The notes under the pieces were generated by a model, which was not told the origin of the DNA, did no database searches, and saw nothing but the letters and a program-made list of their open reading frames with translations. A program made the translations under genes and the position numbers. This document shows positions 1-10,309 of a DNA stretch of 42,334 nt, one piece after another; position 1 is the first letter of the stretch; each line of letters begins with the position of its first letter. Source of the stretch: an uncultured Elusimicrobium sp. (lineage in GTDB: Bacteria; Elusimicrobiota; Elusimicrobia; Elusimicrobiales; Elusimicrobiaceae); the NCBI GenBank assembly GCA_902772695.1, contig CACYBL010000053.1, positions 1 to 42,334 on the forward strand, given 5' to 3'.

Positions 1-96
1 AAAGCGGGCTACCTTACGCGCGATCCGCGTATGGTGGAAAGAAAGAAACCCGGTCAACCCGGTGCCCGCAAACGCTTCCAATTCTCCAAACGTTAA
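1..96 (+). CDS. rpsI: 30S ribosomal protein S9, 3' fragment (5' end outside the window)
   Basis: Frame 1 reads [31 protein letters not shown]-stop, the conserved S9 C-terminus. Not in the ORF track. Confidence 0.97.
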   Translation, partial: KAGYLTRDPRMVERKKPGQPGARKRFQFSKR

Positions 97-122
97 GAGT
101 TGGATGCCGTACGGAAATTTAC

Positions 123-152
123 AAAACACCGTCCTTTTTGGACGGTGTTTTT
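123..152 (+). terminator. Intrinsic terminator after rpsI
   Basis: AAAACACCGTCC-TTTTT-GGACGGTGTTTT inverted repeat ending in a T run. Confidence 0.85.
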
Positions 153-162
153 ATATTAAATA

Positions 163-171
163 TGTTATAAT
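163..171 (+). promoter_or_regulatory. Extended -10 promoter element for the lipoprotein gene
   Basis: TGtTATAAT, upstream of SD AAGGAG and the ATG at 208. Confidence 0.55.
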
Positions 172-207
172 AAAGCGAAGGAAAAGTTCGTTGCAAGGAG
201 ATTACAT

Positions 208-510
208 ATGAAGAAATTGATGTTGTTACTTGGCGGCACTGTTTTGTTAGGTGCATGCGCTACCCCCGCTACTCACGTAGGGACTGCTTTGTTTGCCCAA
301 ACCCAACAACCGGTTATGGCTACTAATGCTCCTGGTACCAAGGTAGGCCGTGCTTGCGCAACAAATATTTTGGGCTTGTTAATCCAGGGCGATATGTCTA
401 TTGAAGCTGCTAAGAAAAACGGAAGAATTACCCAAGTTGCTACGGTAGATACAGACATTAAGAGTTATGCTGTATACGCCGAAGTCTGCACGGTGGTAAC
501 TGGTAGATAA
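208..510 (+). CDS. TRL-like family lipoprotein
   Basis: Lipobox LLGAC. Pattern GRAC-xx-NILGL-xxx-GDMSIEAAKKNG-xI-xx-V-xx-VD...CTVVTG is typical of TRL-like proteins. SD AAGGAG present. Confidence 0.8.
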   Translation: MKKLMLLLGGTVLLGACATPATHVGTALFAQTQQPVMATNAPGTKVGRACATNILGLLIQGDMSIEAAKKNGRITQVATVDTDIKSYAVYAEVCTVVTGR

Positions 511-527
511 CGCTTGATTCGTTATAT

Positions 528-570
528 AATAAAAATCGGTCGCGATATAAAATCGTGACCGATTTTTATT
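528..570. terminator. Bidirectional intrinsic terminator
   Basis: AATAAAAATCGGTCGCGAT / ATCGTGACCGATTTTTATT hairpin between convergent genes. Confidence 0.85.
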
Positions 571-583
571 TTTGTTATCAGAA

Positions 584-2062
584 TTATTTCTTTTTAGTTT
601 CAAAAGCACTTTTTACTTTCGGGCTTTTATCGGCTAATTCTTTAATAGCACCGATTACTTGAGCTTGTTTTTTGACTGTACAAGGCCCGCCTATACAGCC
701 ACCTTTGCAACTCATTACTTCCAAAAGTTGGAAATCGCCCGCTTTGCCTTGTGCATATGCATTGAGCATAAGCATGGCTTTTTTATCCAGGCCATTGATA
801 GCCATTTTCTTAAATGGCATCCGCCCGGCTATTGCGTTTTCTACCGCTTGGGCAACCCCGCCCGTTACGCCGTAATAACGTCCTTCGGCTGAGATGGTAG
901 CGTCCAAAGGTGTTTCCTCGCATTGGGCTGGATCAATGTTCCGGGCACGCAGTAGAGCGTCTATTTCTTCAAAGGTTAATACATAGTCAATGTTCGGGTC
1001 TTCACGTCCCTCTAATCGTTTGGAGGCGCACGGCCCAATAAATACCGTTGTAAAGCCGTTGGCTTTTTCTATTTCTGCCGTATAGCCGGCGGGAGTCTTG
1101 GCATCAGAAATAAATTCTTTGAGTGCCGGTAGATGTTTTTTTACTGCTTGTACCCAAGCTGCACAGCAGGAAGTTGTCATAAACCGGGCGCCCTTTTCCA
1201 ACCGTTCCACCAGTTCGCGTGCTTCGTTTGCTGTAGTAACATCAGCCCCCAGAGCGACTTCCGTTACCTTATCAAAACCGGCTTTGCGCAGGGCGGTTAT
1301 TACTTGAGGCAGGGTCCCTTCCAACTGTCCGACAATAGAGGGTGCAATCATAGCGCATACTTTGTTTTTGCCTTTAATACTGCGCAATACATCAATCAGC
1401 TGGCTGCGTTCCATAACTGCACCAAACGGGCAAGCATCCATGCACTTACCGCAGGAAATACATTTATCAAAATTGATGTGGGCAAACCCGTCGCTGTCTT
1501 TATGAATAGCATCTACGGGGCAAGCTTGTTCGCAGGGAACGGGTACATACGTAATGGCGTTGTACGGGCACGAAGCTAAACACTGGCCGCAATTCTTGCA
1601 TTTCTCCGGATCAATTTTAGAACGTCCGTTTTCAGAAGAGATAGAAATAGCACCGAATTTACAAGCCGCTTGACAATTGCGGGCCAAACACCCCTGGCAG
1701 GCCTCGGTAACAATATGACGTGCTTTAACGCATCCTTTGCAAGCGATGGATAAAACGGTCAATGTGTTTTCAGCCGGAGTCTTGCGGGACATGGCATTTT
1801 TGGCATAATCGTTCAGAGAGGTCGCTTCGTCGTCAGTTTCCAAACTGCCACCCAATGCGGCTAGCGTCCGTGCGCGAAAAACGGCACGCTCTTTGTAGAT
1901 GCAACAACGTACTCCGGAGGGGGAATTTTGCGGTAATGCGTCAAAAGGGATGCGGTAGGCTTGAGTTTCCAAAAAGCCTTTATCAAAAGCCTCAACGACG
2001 CGTTTTAAGGCTTCACGTTTGAAAAAAACCGCTTTATTATCTTGCGTATTTTGTGTGTTCAT
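584..2062 (-). CDS. hydA: Monomeric [FeFe]-hydrogenase, group B-like, with N-terminal 4Fe-4S ferredoxin domains
   Basis: H-cluster motifs TSCCAAW, GPCASKRLE and EVMSCKGGCIGGP. Several CxxCxxCxxxCP-type motifs (CKNCGQCLASCP, CISCGKCMDACP). Confidence 0.9.
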   Translation of the reverse strand: MNTQNTQDNKAVFFKREALKRVVEAFDKGFLETQAYRIPFDALPQNSPSGVRCCIYKERAVFRARTLAALGGSLETDDEATSLNDYAKNAMSRKTPAENTLTVLSIACKGCVKARHIVTEACQGCLARNCQAACKFGAISISSENGRSKIDPEKCKNCGQCLASCPYNAITYVPVPCEQACPVDAIHKDSDGFAHINFDKCISCGKCMDACPFGAVMERSQLIDVLRSIKGKNKVCAMIAPSIVGQLEGTLPQVITALRKAGFDKVTEVALGADVTTANEARELVERLEKGARFMTTSCCAAWVQAVKKHLPALKEFISDAKTPAGYTAEIEKANGFTTVFIGPCASKRLEGREDPNIDYVLTFEEIDALLRARNIDPAQCEETPLDATISAEGRYYGVTGGVAQAVENAIAGRMPFKKMAINGLDKKAMLMLNAYAQGKAGDFQLLEVMSCKGGCIGGPCTVKKQAQVIGAIKELADKSPKVKSAFETKKK

Positions 2063-2122
2063 AGATTACCTCTATTCTACCATATTTCACAGGATGCGGG
2101 CCGTTATGAGAGCCGCTTGCGG

Positions 2123-2878
2123 CTATAAAGGGGTCCCGGCGGGGGTTTTGCTGGGGGAAATAACGGGGCGCGGAATGGGATTGATTACGCGCGGCATATA
2201 CATTTGGTCTGTTATCGTACCTCCCTCCGCTAAAGCTTTGCGGGGTTGCGGTTGTTTCCGCGGAGCGGGAAGCTGTACGGGTGTGGCTTGGGCGATCGTC
2301 TTTTTAGGTTGCAAATCGGTAACCTCTTTAGCCGTTAAGGTACGCAACAATTGGCCTTTCTCAAAAAGGAAAAAAGCCGGCTCCTGCTCTTTGCTTTCCA
2401 GGCGATAGAGGTGTTTCCCTAAAGGAGAGGGCAATTCCTGGACTTGTTCTGCATAGGCAGATAAAAATTCTTTCAGAGTAATTCCAATATCTACCTGATA
2501 CCGTTTATTTACTGCCAGCGCATCCTGTACATTGGCTGCACAATTCACGAAGAGTTGAGGTTCTTCGGCTTGAAAGAGCATTTTGCGGTAGTCGTCTTTA
2601 TCTCCATATTGGACAAAAGCATATCGGGTTCCATCCTGTGCTTTGATAATTGTGTCTTTGGAAGAAACGCTGCTAATCTGATAGAGTGCTTCCTGGCGGG
2701 TTTTCCCCCGTAATAATTTATTTAGTTGCTTGGCATCTTTATCCCAAAGAGTAATGTCGGTTTCTTTATGGGTAGTATCCGGAGTGCCGGAAAGTTCAAT
2801 AACAATTTCCGTTCCCGAAGCCGGGAATGCCACTGCCGGAAAAAGTAAGCACAGTAAAAAAAATCCTATATTGCGCAT
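2123..2878 (-). CDS. Hypothetical exported protein with Pro-rich C-terminus
   Basis: 251-aa ORF with a signal-peptide-like N-terminus (MRNIGFFLLCLLFPAVAF). No recognised motif. Confidence 0.7.
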   Translation of the reverse strand: MRNIGFFLLCLLFPAVAFPASGTEIVIELSGTPDTTHKETDITLWDKDAKQLNKLLRGKTRQEALYQISSVSSKDTIIKAQDGTRYAFVQYGDKDDYRKMLFQAEEPQLFVNCAANVQDALAVNKRYQVDIGITLKEFLSAYAEQVQELPSPLGKHLYRLESKEQEPAFFLFEKGQLLRTLTAKEVTDLQPKKTIAQATPVQLPAPRKQPQPRKALAEGGTITDQMYMPRVINPIPRPVISPSKTPAGTPL

Positions 2879-3008
2879 ATGCCTATATTGTAAAAGTTTT
2901 TTTACGATTTGTCCGATTCATTTTTGGTTAAAAATAGTATAAAAAATCCCCTAGCATTGGGCAACTGTTTTATTACAATAGTGAAAAATCTTAATCGGGG
3001 AGAAGAAT

Positions 3009-4322
3009 ATGAAACGCATAATATATGTTGGATTTTTTTCTTTGGGAATGTTCCTAAATGCTTGCCAAGATAAAAAAGCTATATTGCCGCAACCGACGGT
3101 TGTGAATGCGGTAGAAGTGGTACAGCAAAATTATCCCTGGGAAATGGAATATCCGGCCCAAGTAACGGGCTCTTTGGACGTGCAGATTCGGGCGCAAGTG
3201 GGAGGAGTTTTGCAAGATCGTTTATACGACGAAGGCGAATTTGTGGTAGCCGGTACACAGTTATTTCAAATAGATGATAAAGAATATAAGGTGGCTTTGG
3301 AAAAAGCACGTGGGACGTTGTCACAGGCGCAAGCGGAAGTTAAGCGGACTCAACGATCTTATCAGCGGATGAAATTACTCCGTGCAGAAAATGCTGTCAG
3401 CCAACAAGATTATGATAATGCGTTGTCAGCGTATGAAACAGCCAAAGCAGATGTGCAGGTGGCGCAAGCGGGGGTTAATGATGCTCAAATTAATTTAGGG
3501 TATACCAAAGTGCTTGCTCCGATTTCCGGCATCGCCGGTAAGGAAAGTCAAACGGTTGGTAGTTTGATTACGGCGCAAGGAGATTCCGGTTTGTTGACAA
3601 CCATGGTACAAATTGATCCGTTGCATCTTAATTTTGCTATGCCGGGAAGTCAATTTGAACAACTGTCACAAGGCTATCGGGATGGGACGATTGCTATGGG
3701 TAATGAAGACAATCCGGATATGCTCCAAGCCCCCAATTATCGCCAAGCAGGGGCAGAGGAAGTTCCCATTTATGTAGAAGTTCTCTTGGGGAATGGTAAA
3801 CTTTATCCGCAACGGGGCAAATTAATCTTTTTTGACAGTTCGGAAAACACACAAACATCCAGTATTGCCATTAAGGCAGAACTTCCCAACCCGGCCCAAA
3901 GCCGGGAGCTGATTCCGGGGCAATTTGTCCGAGTTCGGCTGGTAGGCGCTGTTTTTCAAAATGCGACGCTTGTTCCTTCATCGGCATTATTGTCTTCTTC
4001 TAATGGATTAACTGCGTATGTTATCAATGCGCAAAATCGTTTGGAGGCGCGCCCTGTACAAGCTCATTTACAGAACGGATTATACTTGGTGACGAGCGGT
4101 TTAAAAGCAGGCGATCGGGTTGTAAACGGAGGGCTGTCAAAATTGCGGCCAGGGGAGGAAGTAGCCCCATCTATGCAGAAGTTTGACATTCCGTCTGCTC
4201 ACAAAACGATGGAAACGGCCCCCAATGCCGGACGTAGCATGGCGGCTTTGGAACAGGTTATTGAAGCGTCTCAAGCTCCCGATGTACAAGCACTGCCGGC
4301 AACACTAACCAAACAGAATTGA
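3009..4322 (+). CDS. RND efflux periplasmic adaptor (AcrA/MexA family)
   Basis: Lipobox LNAC, IRAQVGG lipoyl half-motif, coiled hairpin, APISG and LIPGQFV motifs. Confidence 0.93.
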   Translation: MKRIIYVGFFSLGMFLNACQDKKAILPQPTVVNAVEVVQQNYPWEMEYPAQVTGSLDVQIRAQVGGVLQDRLYDEGEFVVAGTQLFQIDDKEYKVALEKARGTLSQAQAEVKRTQRSYQRMKLLRAENAVSQQDYDNALSAYETAKADVQVAQAGVNDAQINLGYTKVLAPISGIAGKESQTVGSLITAQGDSGLLTTMVQIDPLHLNFAMPGSQFEQLSQGYRDGTIAMGNEDNPDMLQAPNYRQAGAEEVPIYVEVLLGNGKLYPQRGKLIFFDSSENTQTSSIAIKAELPNPAQSRELIPGQFVRVRLVGAVFQNATLVPSSALLSSSNGLTAYVINAQNRLEARPVQAHLQNGLYLVTSGLKAGDRVVNGGLSKLRPGEEVAPSMQKFDIPSAHKTMETAPNAGRSMAALEQVIEASQAPDVQALPATLTKQN

Positions 4323-4334
4323 TAGGGAGGAAGT

Positions 4335-7300
4335 ATGTTTTCTAAATTTTTTATCAACCGTCCTATTTTTGCAACTGTTATCTCCCTGCTCATTTTATTG
4401 GCCGGGGTTGTGTCCATTACTTCTTTGCCGATAGAACAATATCCTGACTTGACTCCGCCCACCGTGGAAGTTAGTGCTTCTTACCCTGGGGCCAGCCCGG
4501 ATGTAATTGCCAATACGGTAGCCGCTCCTTTGGAACAGCAAATTAACGGCGTGGAAGATATGTTGTATATGAATTCCGTTTCTGATTCTAACGGAGATAT
4601 GAATTTGATGATTTCTTTCAAGGTAGGTACAGACCCGGATCAGGCTATGATCAACGTCAACAACCGTGTTCAACAAGCTTTGCCTACGTTGCCGGATGAT
4701 GTGCGTCGGTATGGAGTAACGGTGGAAAAGAAATCTTCTTCCATTTTGCAGATTATTGCACTTTACTCGCCCAATGGGCAAACAGATACAACTGTTATTG
4801 GTAATTACGCGCTGATGAACATTGTGGATGATTTGAAACGTATAGATGGGGTGGGCGATGCGCAAGTCATGTCAGCCAATGATTATGCGATACGTATCTG
4901 GGTGAAACCGGATGTATTGTCTCAACGCGATTTGACCATAGGAGATATTGCTTCCGCGATCCAGGCTCAAAATGTACAACGTGCGGCAGGAAAAATCGGA
5001 CAACCGCCATTACCTTTTAAAGTGGACAGAACTTATTCCATTATTGCTCCGGGGCGTTTATCTTCAGCGGAGGAATTTGGGAATATTATCTTGCGTGCCA
5101 ATCCGAATGGAACTACGCTTTTGCTTAAAGATGTGGCAACGGTAGAGTTGGGAAGCCAAACATATGAATTTAACGGTAGCTATAACGGAAAACCAGCAGT
5201 GCCTATTGGTATTTTCCTTTCTCCGGGAGCCAATGCTGTGGCAACAGCCAACGCTGTTGATGCGCGCTTGAAGGAGTTGTCTCAGCAATTTCCACCGGTC
5301 TTAGATATGAAATATCAAGTTGCATATGATACGACACTTTTTGTGAAGGAGTCTATTAAGGAAGTTATTCGTACGTTGTTTGAGGCCATGGTATTGGTTT
5401 TTTTAGTGGTTTATTTATTCTTGAAAGATTGGCGGGCTACACTGATTCCTTGCTTGGCCGTGCCGGTATCTATTGTTGGGGCCTTTGCCGGTATGAAATT
5501 GTTTGGTTTTTCTATTAATACACTCACGCTCTTTGGGTTAGTGTTGGCAATTGGGATGGTGGTAGATGATGCTATTGTAGTAATTGAAAACGTAGAACGT
5601 TTGATGCATGAAGAACATTTGTCTCCTAAAGAGGCAACTGTTAAAGCAATGCAAGAAGTATCTGGCCCGGTAGTTGCCATTGTACTAGTATTGTGTTCGG
5701 TGTTTATTCCGGTAGCATTCATGGGTGGATTGACAGGTGTTATGTATCAGCAGTTCGCCATTACGATCGCTGTTTCGGTGGTGATCTCCGGTTTGGTGGC
5801 TCTGACATTAACACCCGCTTTATGTGCCCTTTTGCTACGGCCGCACACTTCCCCTATGCATGGGTTTTTTTATTGGTTTGATCAACGGTTTGAAAAATTG
5901 ACAGGCCGGTATGCGGGGTGGGTATCATTTTTTATCCGCCGTATACCTGTATCTGTTTTGATTTTGGTTTTGTTAGCGGCGGGTACATTTGGATTATTCA
6001 AAATGGTGCCGGGAAGTTTGTTGCCACAGGAAGATCAAGGATTTATTATGGTATCGGCGCAATTAGATCCGGCTTCTTCTTTAGAAAAAAGCGAGGAGGT
6101 TTCCTCCCAATTGGAAAGTATTTTGTTGCATAATCCGGCCGTTTATCAAGATATGACTTTTACCGGATATGATTTATTGAGCAGCGCGCAAAAAGCCAGC
6201 GCGGTGGCCTCCTTTGTTATGTTAAAACCTTGGAAGGACCGCCTCACTAAAGCTTTGAGTGCGCAAGGAGTAGTGGGGGAAGTATATCAGGAGTCCGTAC
6301 AAAAAATTCCAACGGCTACAGTAATGCCTTTTAATCCGCCCCCTATCATGGGGCTGAGTACCACCGGCGGATTGGAAGGATATATTCAAAACCGTGGTTC
6401 CCAGGGGAATTCAGCTCTGGAAAATCAAATGCAAACTTTCCTGGCTGCGGTGCAAAAGCGGCCCGAAATTTCCAGCGCTACCACTACTTTTTCAGCAGAT
6501 GTGCCGCAATATTCTTTGACGGTAGACGAAATAAAAACGCGGGCTATGGGTGTGGCTTTAAATGATTTATATACTACCCTTCAAGGTACTTTTGGTACCA
6601 TGTATGTCAACGATTTTACGTATATGGGACGTAGTTTTAAAGTGATGATTCAAGCTCAGGGCCAATACCGGGCTCGTCCGGAACAAATCGGTGGGGTATA
6701 TGTACGGGCACAAAATGGTGCTATGGTGCCACTTTCCGCATTGGTCACGCTTACTCCGGAAGTGGGCCCTGATATGGTAGAACGTTTCAACGTGTTCCCG
6801 GCCGCTAAATTTATTGCTAATCCGGCTGCCGGATATAGTTCGGGAGATGCTATCCGTGCTGTAGAAGAAACGGCCCAAGCCGTGTTGAACCCCGATTTTA
6901 CACTCTCTTGGACCGGGACAACTTATCAGGAAAAACGGGCGGGAAGTTCCTCTCTGCAGGCCCTATTGTTGGGTATCTTGGTCGTATTTCTGATTTTAGC
7001 TGCACAATATGAAAAATGGAGTTTGCCTATTGCGGTGTTGATGGCCGTTCCTTTTGCTATTTTTGGGGCCCTGCTTGGAACAGGGCTACGCGGTTTGTCT
7101 AATGATATTTATTTTCAAATTGCTCTGGTCGCCCTTGTAGGGTTGGCTGCCAAAAACGCTATTTTAATTGTGGAGTTTGCCGTTTTGTTAAAGGAACAAG
7201 GTCTAGATAAAGTACATGCGGCTGTGCAAGCGGCTCAGCTGCGTTTTCGTCCCATTGTAATGACCTCATTGGCGTTTATTTTGGGGTGTGTTCCGTTAAT

Positions 7301-7481
7301 GATCAGCAGCGGGGCCGGGGCTGCCAGTCGTCATGCAATTGGCACGGCAGTAGTCTTTGGAATGTTGGTTGCCACGGGAGTAGCGCCGTTATTTATTCCC
7401 TTGTTTTTTTGTTGGTTCAGCGGGCGTACTGCCGCCCCTTGCGTTCCAAACCAAGAAAGGAGAGACACAAATGAACTATAA
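4335..7481 (+). CDS. RND efflux permease, HAE1 (AcrB/MexB family)
   Basis: 1048 aa. MFSKFFINRPIFA start. Proton-relay motifs VVDDAIVV, AKNAILIVEF and RFRPIVMTS are intact. Confidence 0.96.
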   Translation: MFSKFFINRPIFATVISLLILLAGVVSITSLPIEQYPDLTPPTVEVSASYPGASPDVIANTVAAPLEQQINGVEDMLYMNSVSDSNGDMNLMISFKVGTDPDQAMINVNNRVQQALPTLPDDVRRYGVTVEKKSSSILQIIALYSPNGQTDTTVIGNYALMNIVDDLKRIDGVGDAQVMSANDYAIRIWVKPDVLSQRDLTIGDIASAIQAQNVQRAAGKIGQPPLPFKVDRTYSIIAPGRLSSAEEFGNIILRANPNGTTLLLKDVATVELGSQTYEFNGSYNGKPAVPIGIFLSPGANAVATANAVDARLKELSQQFPPVLDMKYQVAYDTTLFVKESIKEVIRTLFEAMVLVFLVVYLFLKDWRATLIPCLAVPVSIVGAFAGMKLFGFSINTLTLFGLVLAIGMVVDDAIVVIENVERLMHEEHLSPKEATVKAMQEVSGPVVAIVLVLCSVFIPVAFMGGLTGVMYQQFAITIAVSVVISGLVALTLTPALCALLLRPHTSPMHGFFYWFDQRFEKLTGRYAGWVSFFIRRIPVSVLILVLLAAGTFGLFKMVPGSLLPQEDQGFIMVSAQLDPASSLEKSEEVSSQLESILLHNPAVYQDMTFTGYDLLSSAQKASAVASFVMLKPWKDRLTKALSAQGVVGEVYQESVQKIPTATVMPFNPPPIMGLSTTGGLEGYIQNRGSQGNSALENQMQTFLAAVQKRPEISSATTTFSADVPQYSLTVDEIKTRAMGVALNDLYTTLQGTFGTMYVNDFTYMGRSFKVMIQAQGQYRARPEQIGGVYVRAQNGAMVPLSALVTLTPEVGPDMVERFNVFPAAKFIANPAAGYSSGDAIRAVEETAQAVLNPDFTLSWTGTTYQEKRAGSSSLQALLLGILVVFLILAAQYEKWSLPIAVLMAVPFAIFGALLGTGLRGLSNDIYFQIALVALVGLAAKNAILIVEFAVLLKEQGLDKVHAAVQAAQLRFRPIVMTSLAFILGCVPLMISSGAGAASRHAIGTAVVFGMLVATGVAPLFIPLFFCWFSGRTAAPCVPNQERRDTNEL

Positions 7482-8850
7482 ACAAACAATAACGTTGTTT
7501 GGGGCCAGCTTATTGTTAAGTGGTTGCTTGCTTGGCCCGGCTTATAAACGGCCCGCTTTAGATTTGCCTGTTGGACAGCAAAGTGATTCTTTGGATATTT
7601 TCACAACCGCAAAATGGTGGAACGTATTCCAAGATAATGTGTTGGATGCTTTAGAGCAAGAGGCCTTGTCATATAACCAAGATTTGCAAGCCGCCATGGC
7701 TCGTGTAGATGAAGCCCGGGCAGAAGTTGGTTTGGCCGGAGCTGATCAAATGCCTTCTCTATCAGCTCAATTGCAAAGTGGGCGACAGGGAAACCGCTAT
7801 GGTTCCGGTGAATCTGACAGTACAGCAGGGGTCTCAGTATCATTTGAATTGGATTTATGGGGCAAGTATCGCCGGCTTAAACAAGCGGCCAAAGCCCAAT
7901 TATTAGCGTCCGAAGCAGCGCGTGATACCGTTCTTCTTACTTTGACAGCGGATGTCGCCAATAATTATTTTGTGTTGCGTAAATTAGATGAGCAGATGAA
8001 GATTTTGCAGCGTACACTTGCGGCACGTGAAGAGAACGTCCGTATTTATCAAATTCGTTATAAGGCGGGCTATTGTGCGGAAGTGGATCTGCGGCGTGTA
8101 CAAGCTGATAGAGATAGTGTTCAAGCCCAAATGCAGCAACTCGCTTTGCAACGTGAGCAAACCGAAACGGCTTTATCGGTACTACTTGGTAGATCTGCGC
8201 GGGAAATTGTAGCCAATGATATTGCCCGGGGGAAAACATTAGATGAATTAAACTTAGTACTGGATACGCCGGATAATTTGCCTTCGGATTTATTGGAACG
8301 GCGTCCGGATATCCGTGAAGCAGAAGAAGAGCTTATTGCAGCGAATGCCGATATTGGCGCTGCCCGTGCCGCTTATTTCCCTTCCATTTCACTGACAGGA
8401 ACAACTGGTTTTGCCAGTGAGGCCTTGAGTCAGTTGTTTACCGGAGGTGCCGGAGTGTGGGAAATAGCCGGTTCGGCGCTTGCGCCCATCTTTGAAGGAG
8501 GCAAAATTCGGGCAGAAAATAAAAAGGCCCAAGCTGTCTATCGGGAGCAACTGGCCAATTATACAAAGACGGTGGAAACGGCTTTCAAAGAAGCTTATGA
8601 TGCTTTAACTGCCAATCGCTTGTATCGTACTATCTTTGATTCCTATAAAACACAAACTCAAGAGATGCAACGTAGTTATGAACTTACCAAGAAACAAGAA
8701 GATGCGGGACTTATCGGAGTAACAGATTTGTTAAATGTAGAGGAAAATTTATTATCGGCCGAAATGAATTTGGTCACCGCTCGCCAAAATGAATTATCTG
8801 CCGTGGTCAATTTATGCAAAGCATTGGGCGGAGGGTGGAAAACAAAATAA
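7471..8850 (+). CDS. RND outer-membrane factor lipoprotein (OprM/NodT family)
   Basis: Lipobox LSGC; ELDLWG, PSDLLERRPDI and AAYFPSISLTG motifs; C-terminal KALGGGW. Confidence 0.94.
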   Translation: MNYKQTITLFGASLLLSGCLLGPAYKRPALDLPVGQQSDSLDIFTTAKWWNVFQDNVLDALEQEALSYNQDLQAAMARVDEARAEVGLAGADQMPSLSAQLQSGRQGNRYGSGESDSTAGVSVSFELDLWGKYRRLKQAAKAQLLASEAARDTVLLTLTADVANNYFVLRKLDEQMKILQRTLAAREENVRIYQIRYKAGYCAEVDLRRVQADRDSVQAQMQQLALQREQTETALSVLLGRSAREIVANDIARGKTLDELNLVLDTPDNLPSDLLERRPDIREAEEELIAANADIGAARAAYFPSISLTGTTGFASEALSQLFTGGAGVWEIAGSALAPIFEGGKIRAENKKAQAVYREQLANYTKTVETAFKEAYDALTANRLYRTIFDSYKTQTQEMQRSYELTKKQEDAGLIGVTDLLNVEENLLSAEMNLVTARQNELSAVVNLCKALGGGWKTK

Positions 8851-8899
8851 AAGCTTGGTTAAGAGAGGAACGGAACGTGTAGTCGTTAGAAGAGTTTTT

Positions 8900-8908
8900 T
8901 GCTAGAAT
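8900..8908 (+). promoter_or_regulatory. Extended -10 element directly before purB (probably leaderless)
   Basis: TGcTAGAAT, then 6 nt, then the ATG at 8915. No SD. Confidence 0.55.
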
Positions 8909-8914
8909 GTAAGT

Positions 8915-10309
8915 ATGGAAAATACGCCCCTTTGCCCTTTAGATGGACGTTATAGTAACAAATTGGCCGAATTACGTAGGTATATGGGAGAAGCCGCATT
9001 GGCTGTTTCCCGTTTGCGTGCGGAAATTACTTGGTTGGAAGTATTATCCGGCCTAAAGATTGCAGGATTGAAACCCCTATCCGCGGCTGAAAAGAAGATT
9101 CTTGCGCAACTTGTTGAAATTACTCCGAAAGATTTAGCTATTTTGCAAGCCATAGAGTTTAACGGTTACCAATCCATTGCGGCTACCCGCCATGATGTGA
9201 AAGCTGTGGAATATTTTCTTCAACTTAAATTGCAGAAAACTTCATTAAAAAACCGGTTGAATTGGTTGCATTTTGCCTTGACCAGCGAGGATGTCAACAG
9301 CGTTTCATACGCCAATATGCTAGCTGACGGAACAGAAAAAGTATTGCTTCCCGCGTTAAAGAATTTGCAACAATCCTTATCGCAATTGGCACGGAAAGAA
9401 TCCCGCTCCGTGTTGTTGGCCCGCACACATGGACAACCCGCTGTTCCTACAACTTTCGGTAAAGAAATGCGGGTGTTTGAATATCGTTTAAGTCAGCAAA
9501 TTTCTCAACTGAAGAAAAAGAGAATTTCGTGTAAATTCGGAGGAGCCGTAGGAAATTTTAACGCGCATTTAGTTGCATTTCCTGCAATTAATTGGCCCCG
9601 TGCCGCTCAACAAGTAATCAGCCAGTTTAATAAAAGCAGGCATATCAAACTTGTTCTAACGCCGGTTTCTACTCAGATAGATTCGCGAGATAGTTATGCA
9701 GAACTTTTTGATAATTTTCGTCGTATAAATGTTGCTTTGATTGATTTGTGCCGTGATATGTGGCAATATGTTGCGGCGGGACTTGTCCAACAACCGGCTG
9801 TTAAAGGCGAGGTGGGTTCGTCCACCATGCCGCAAAAAATCAATCCTATTGATTTTGAAAATGCGGAAGGTAATTTACAGTTAGCTAACACGTTGTTTGA
9901 TTTCTTTTCTAACAAATTGCCGATTTCACGTCTACAACGGGATTTATCCGATTCTACGGTGTTGCGTAATATGGGGCTGGCATTTGGTTATGCCTATGTG
10001 GCTTATATATCGTTGCTACGTGGGCTGAAAAAAATTACTTTTAATCGCGTGGCCGCGTTGAATGAAGTTAAAGCTCACCCGGAAGTATTGGCGGAAGCTT
10101 TTCAAACTCTTTTGCGGGCAAACGGAGTGAAAAATCCGTATGAGAAATTACGTGATTTTACACGCGGACGCCAAATTACCGTGGAGGCCTTACATCAGTT
10201 TGTTCAACAATTGGATGTACCAAGCAAAATCAGACAACAATTAGTTACCTTAGTACCGGAAAAATATACAGGGCTGGCTGAAAAGCTGGCAAGGGGAAAA
10301 TATGATTGA
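8915..10309 (+). CDS. purB: Adenylosuccinate lyase
   Basis: PLDGRY, HDVKAVEY, HFALTSED, RTHGQPAVPTT, signature GSSTMPQKINPIDFEN, SRLQRDLSDST. Confidence 0.96.
   Translation: MENTPLCPLDGRYSNKLAELRRYMGEAALAVSRLRAEITWLEVLSGLKIAGLKPLSAAEKKILAQLVEITPKDLAILQAIEFNGYQSIAATRHDVKAVEYFLQLKLQKTSLKNRLNWLHFALTSEDVNSVSYANMLADGTEKVLLPALKNLQQSLSQLARKESRSVLLARTHGQPAVPTTFGKEMRVFEYRLSQQISQLKKKRISCKFGGAVGNFNAHLVAFPAINWPRAAQQVISQFNKSRHIKLVLTPVSTQIDSRDSYAELFDNFRRINVALIDLCRDMWQYVAAGLVQQPAVKGEVGSSTMPQKINPIDFENAEGNLQLANTLFDFFSNKLPISRLQRDLSDSTVLRNMGLAFGYAYVAYISLLRGLKKITFNRVAALNEVKAHPEVLAEAFQTLLRANGVKNPYEKLRDFTRGRQITVEALHQFVQQLDVPSKIRQQLVTLVPEKYTGLAEKLARGKYD

Noticed and set aside
3009-8850. RND efflux operon as a novel system
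   Set aside because: Canonical MFP-RND-OMF order with intact motifs. Only a small MFP insertion and tail and the lack of a local regulator stand out.
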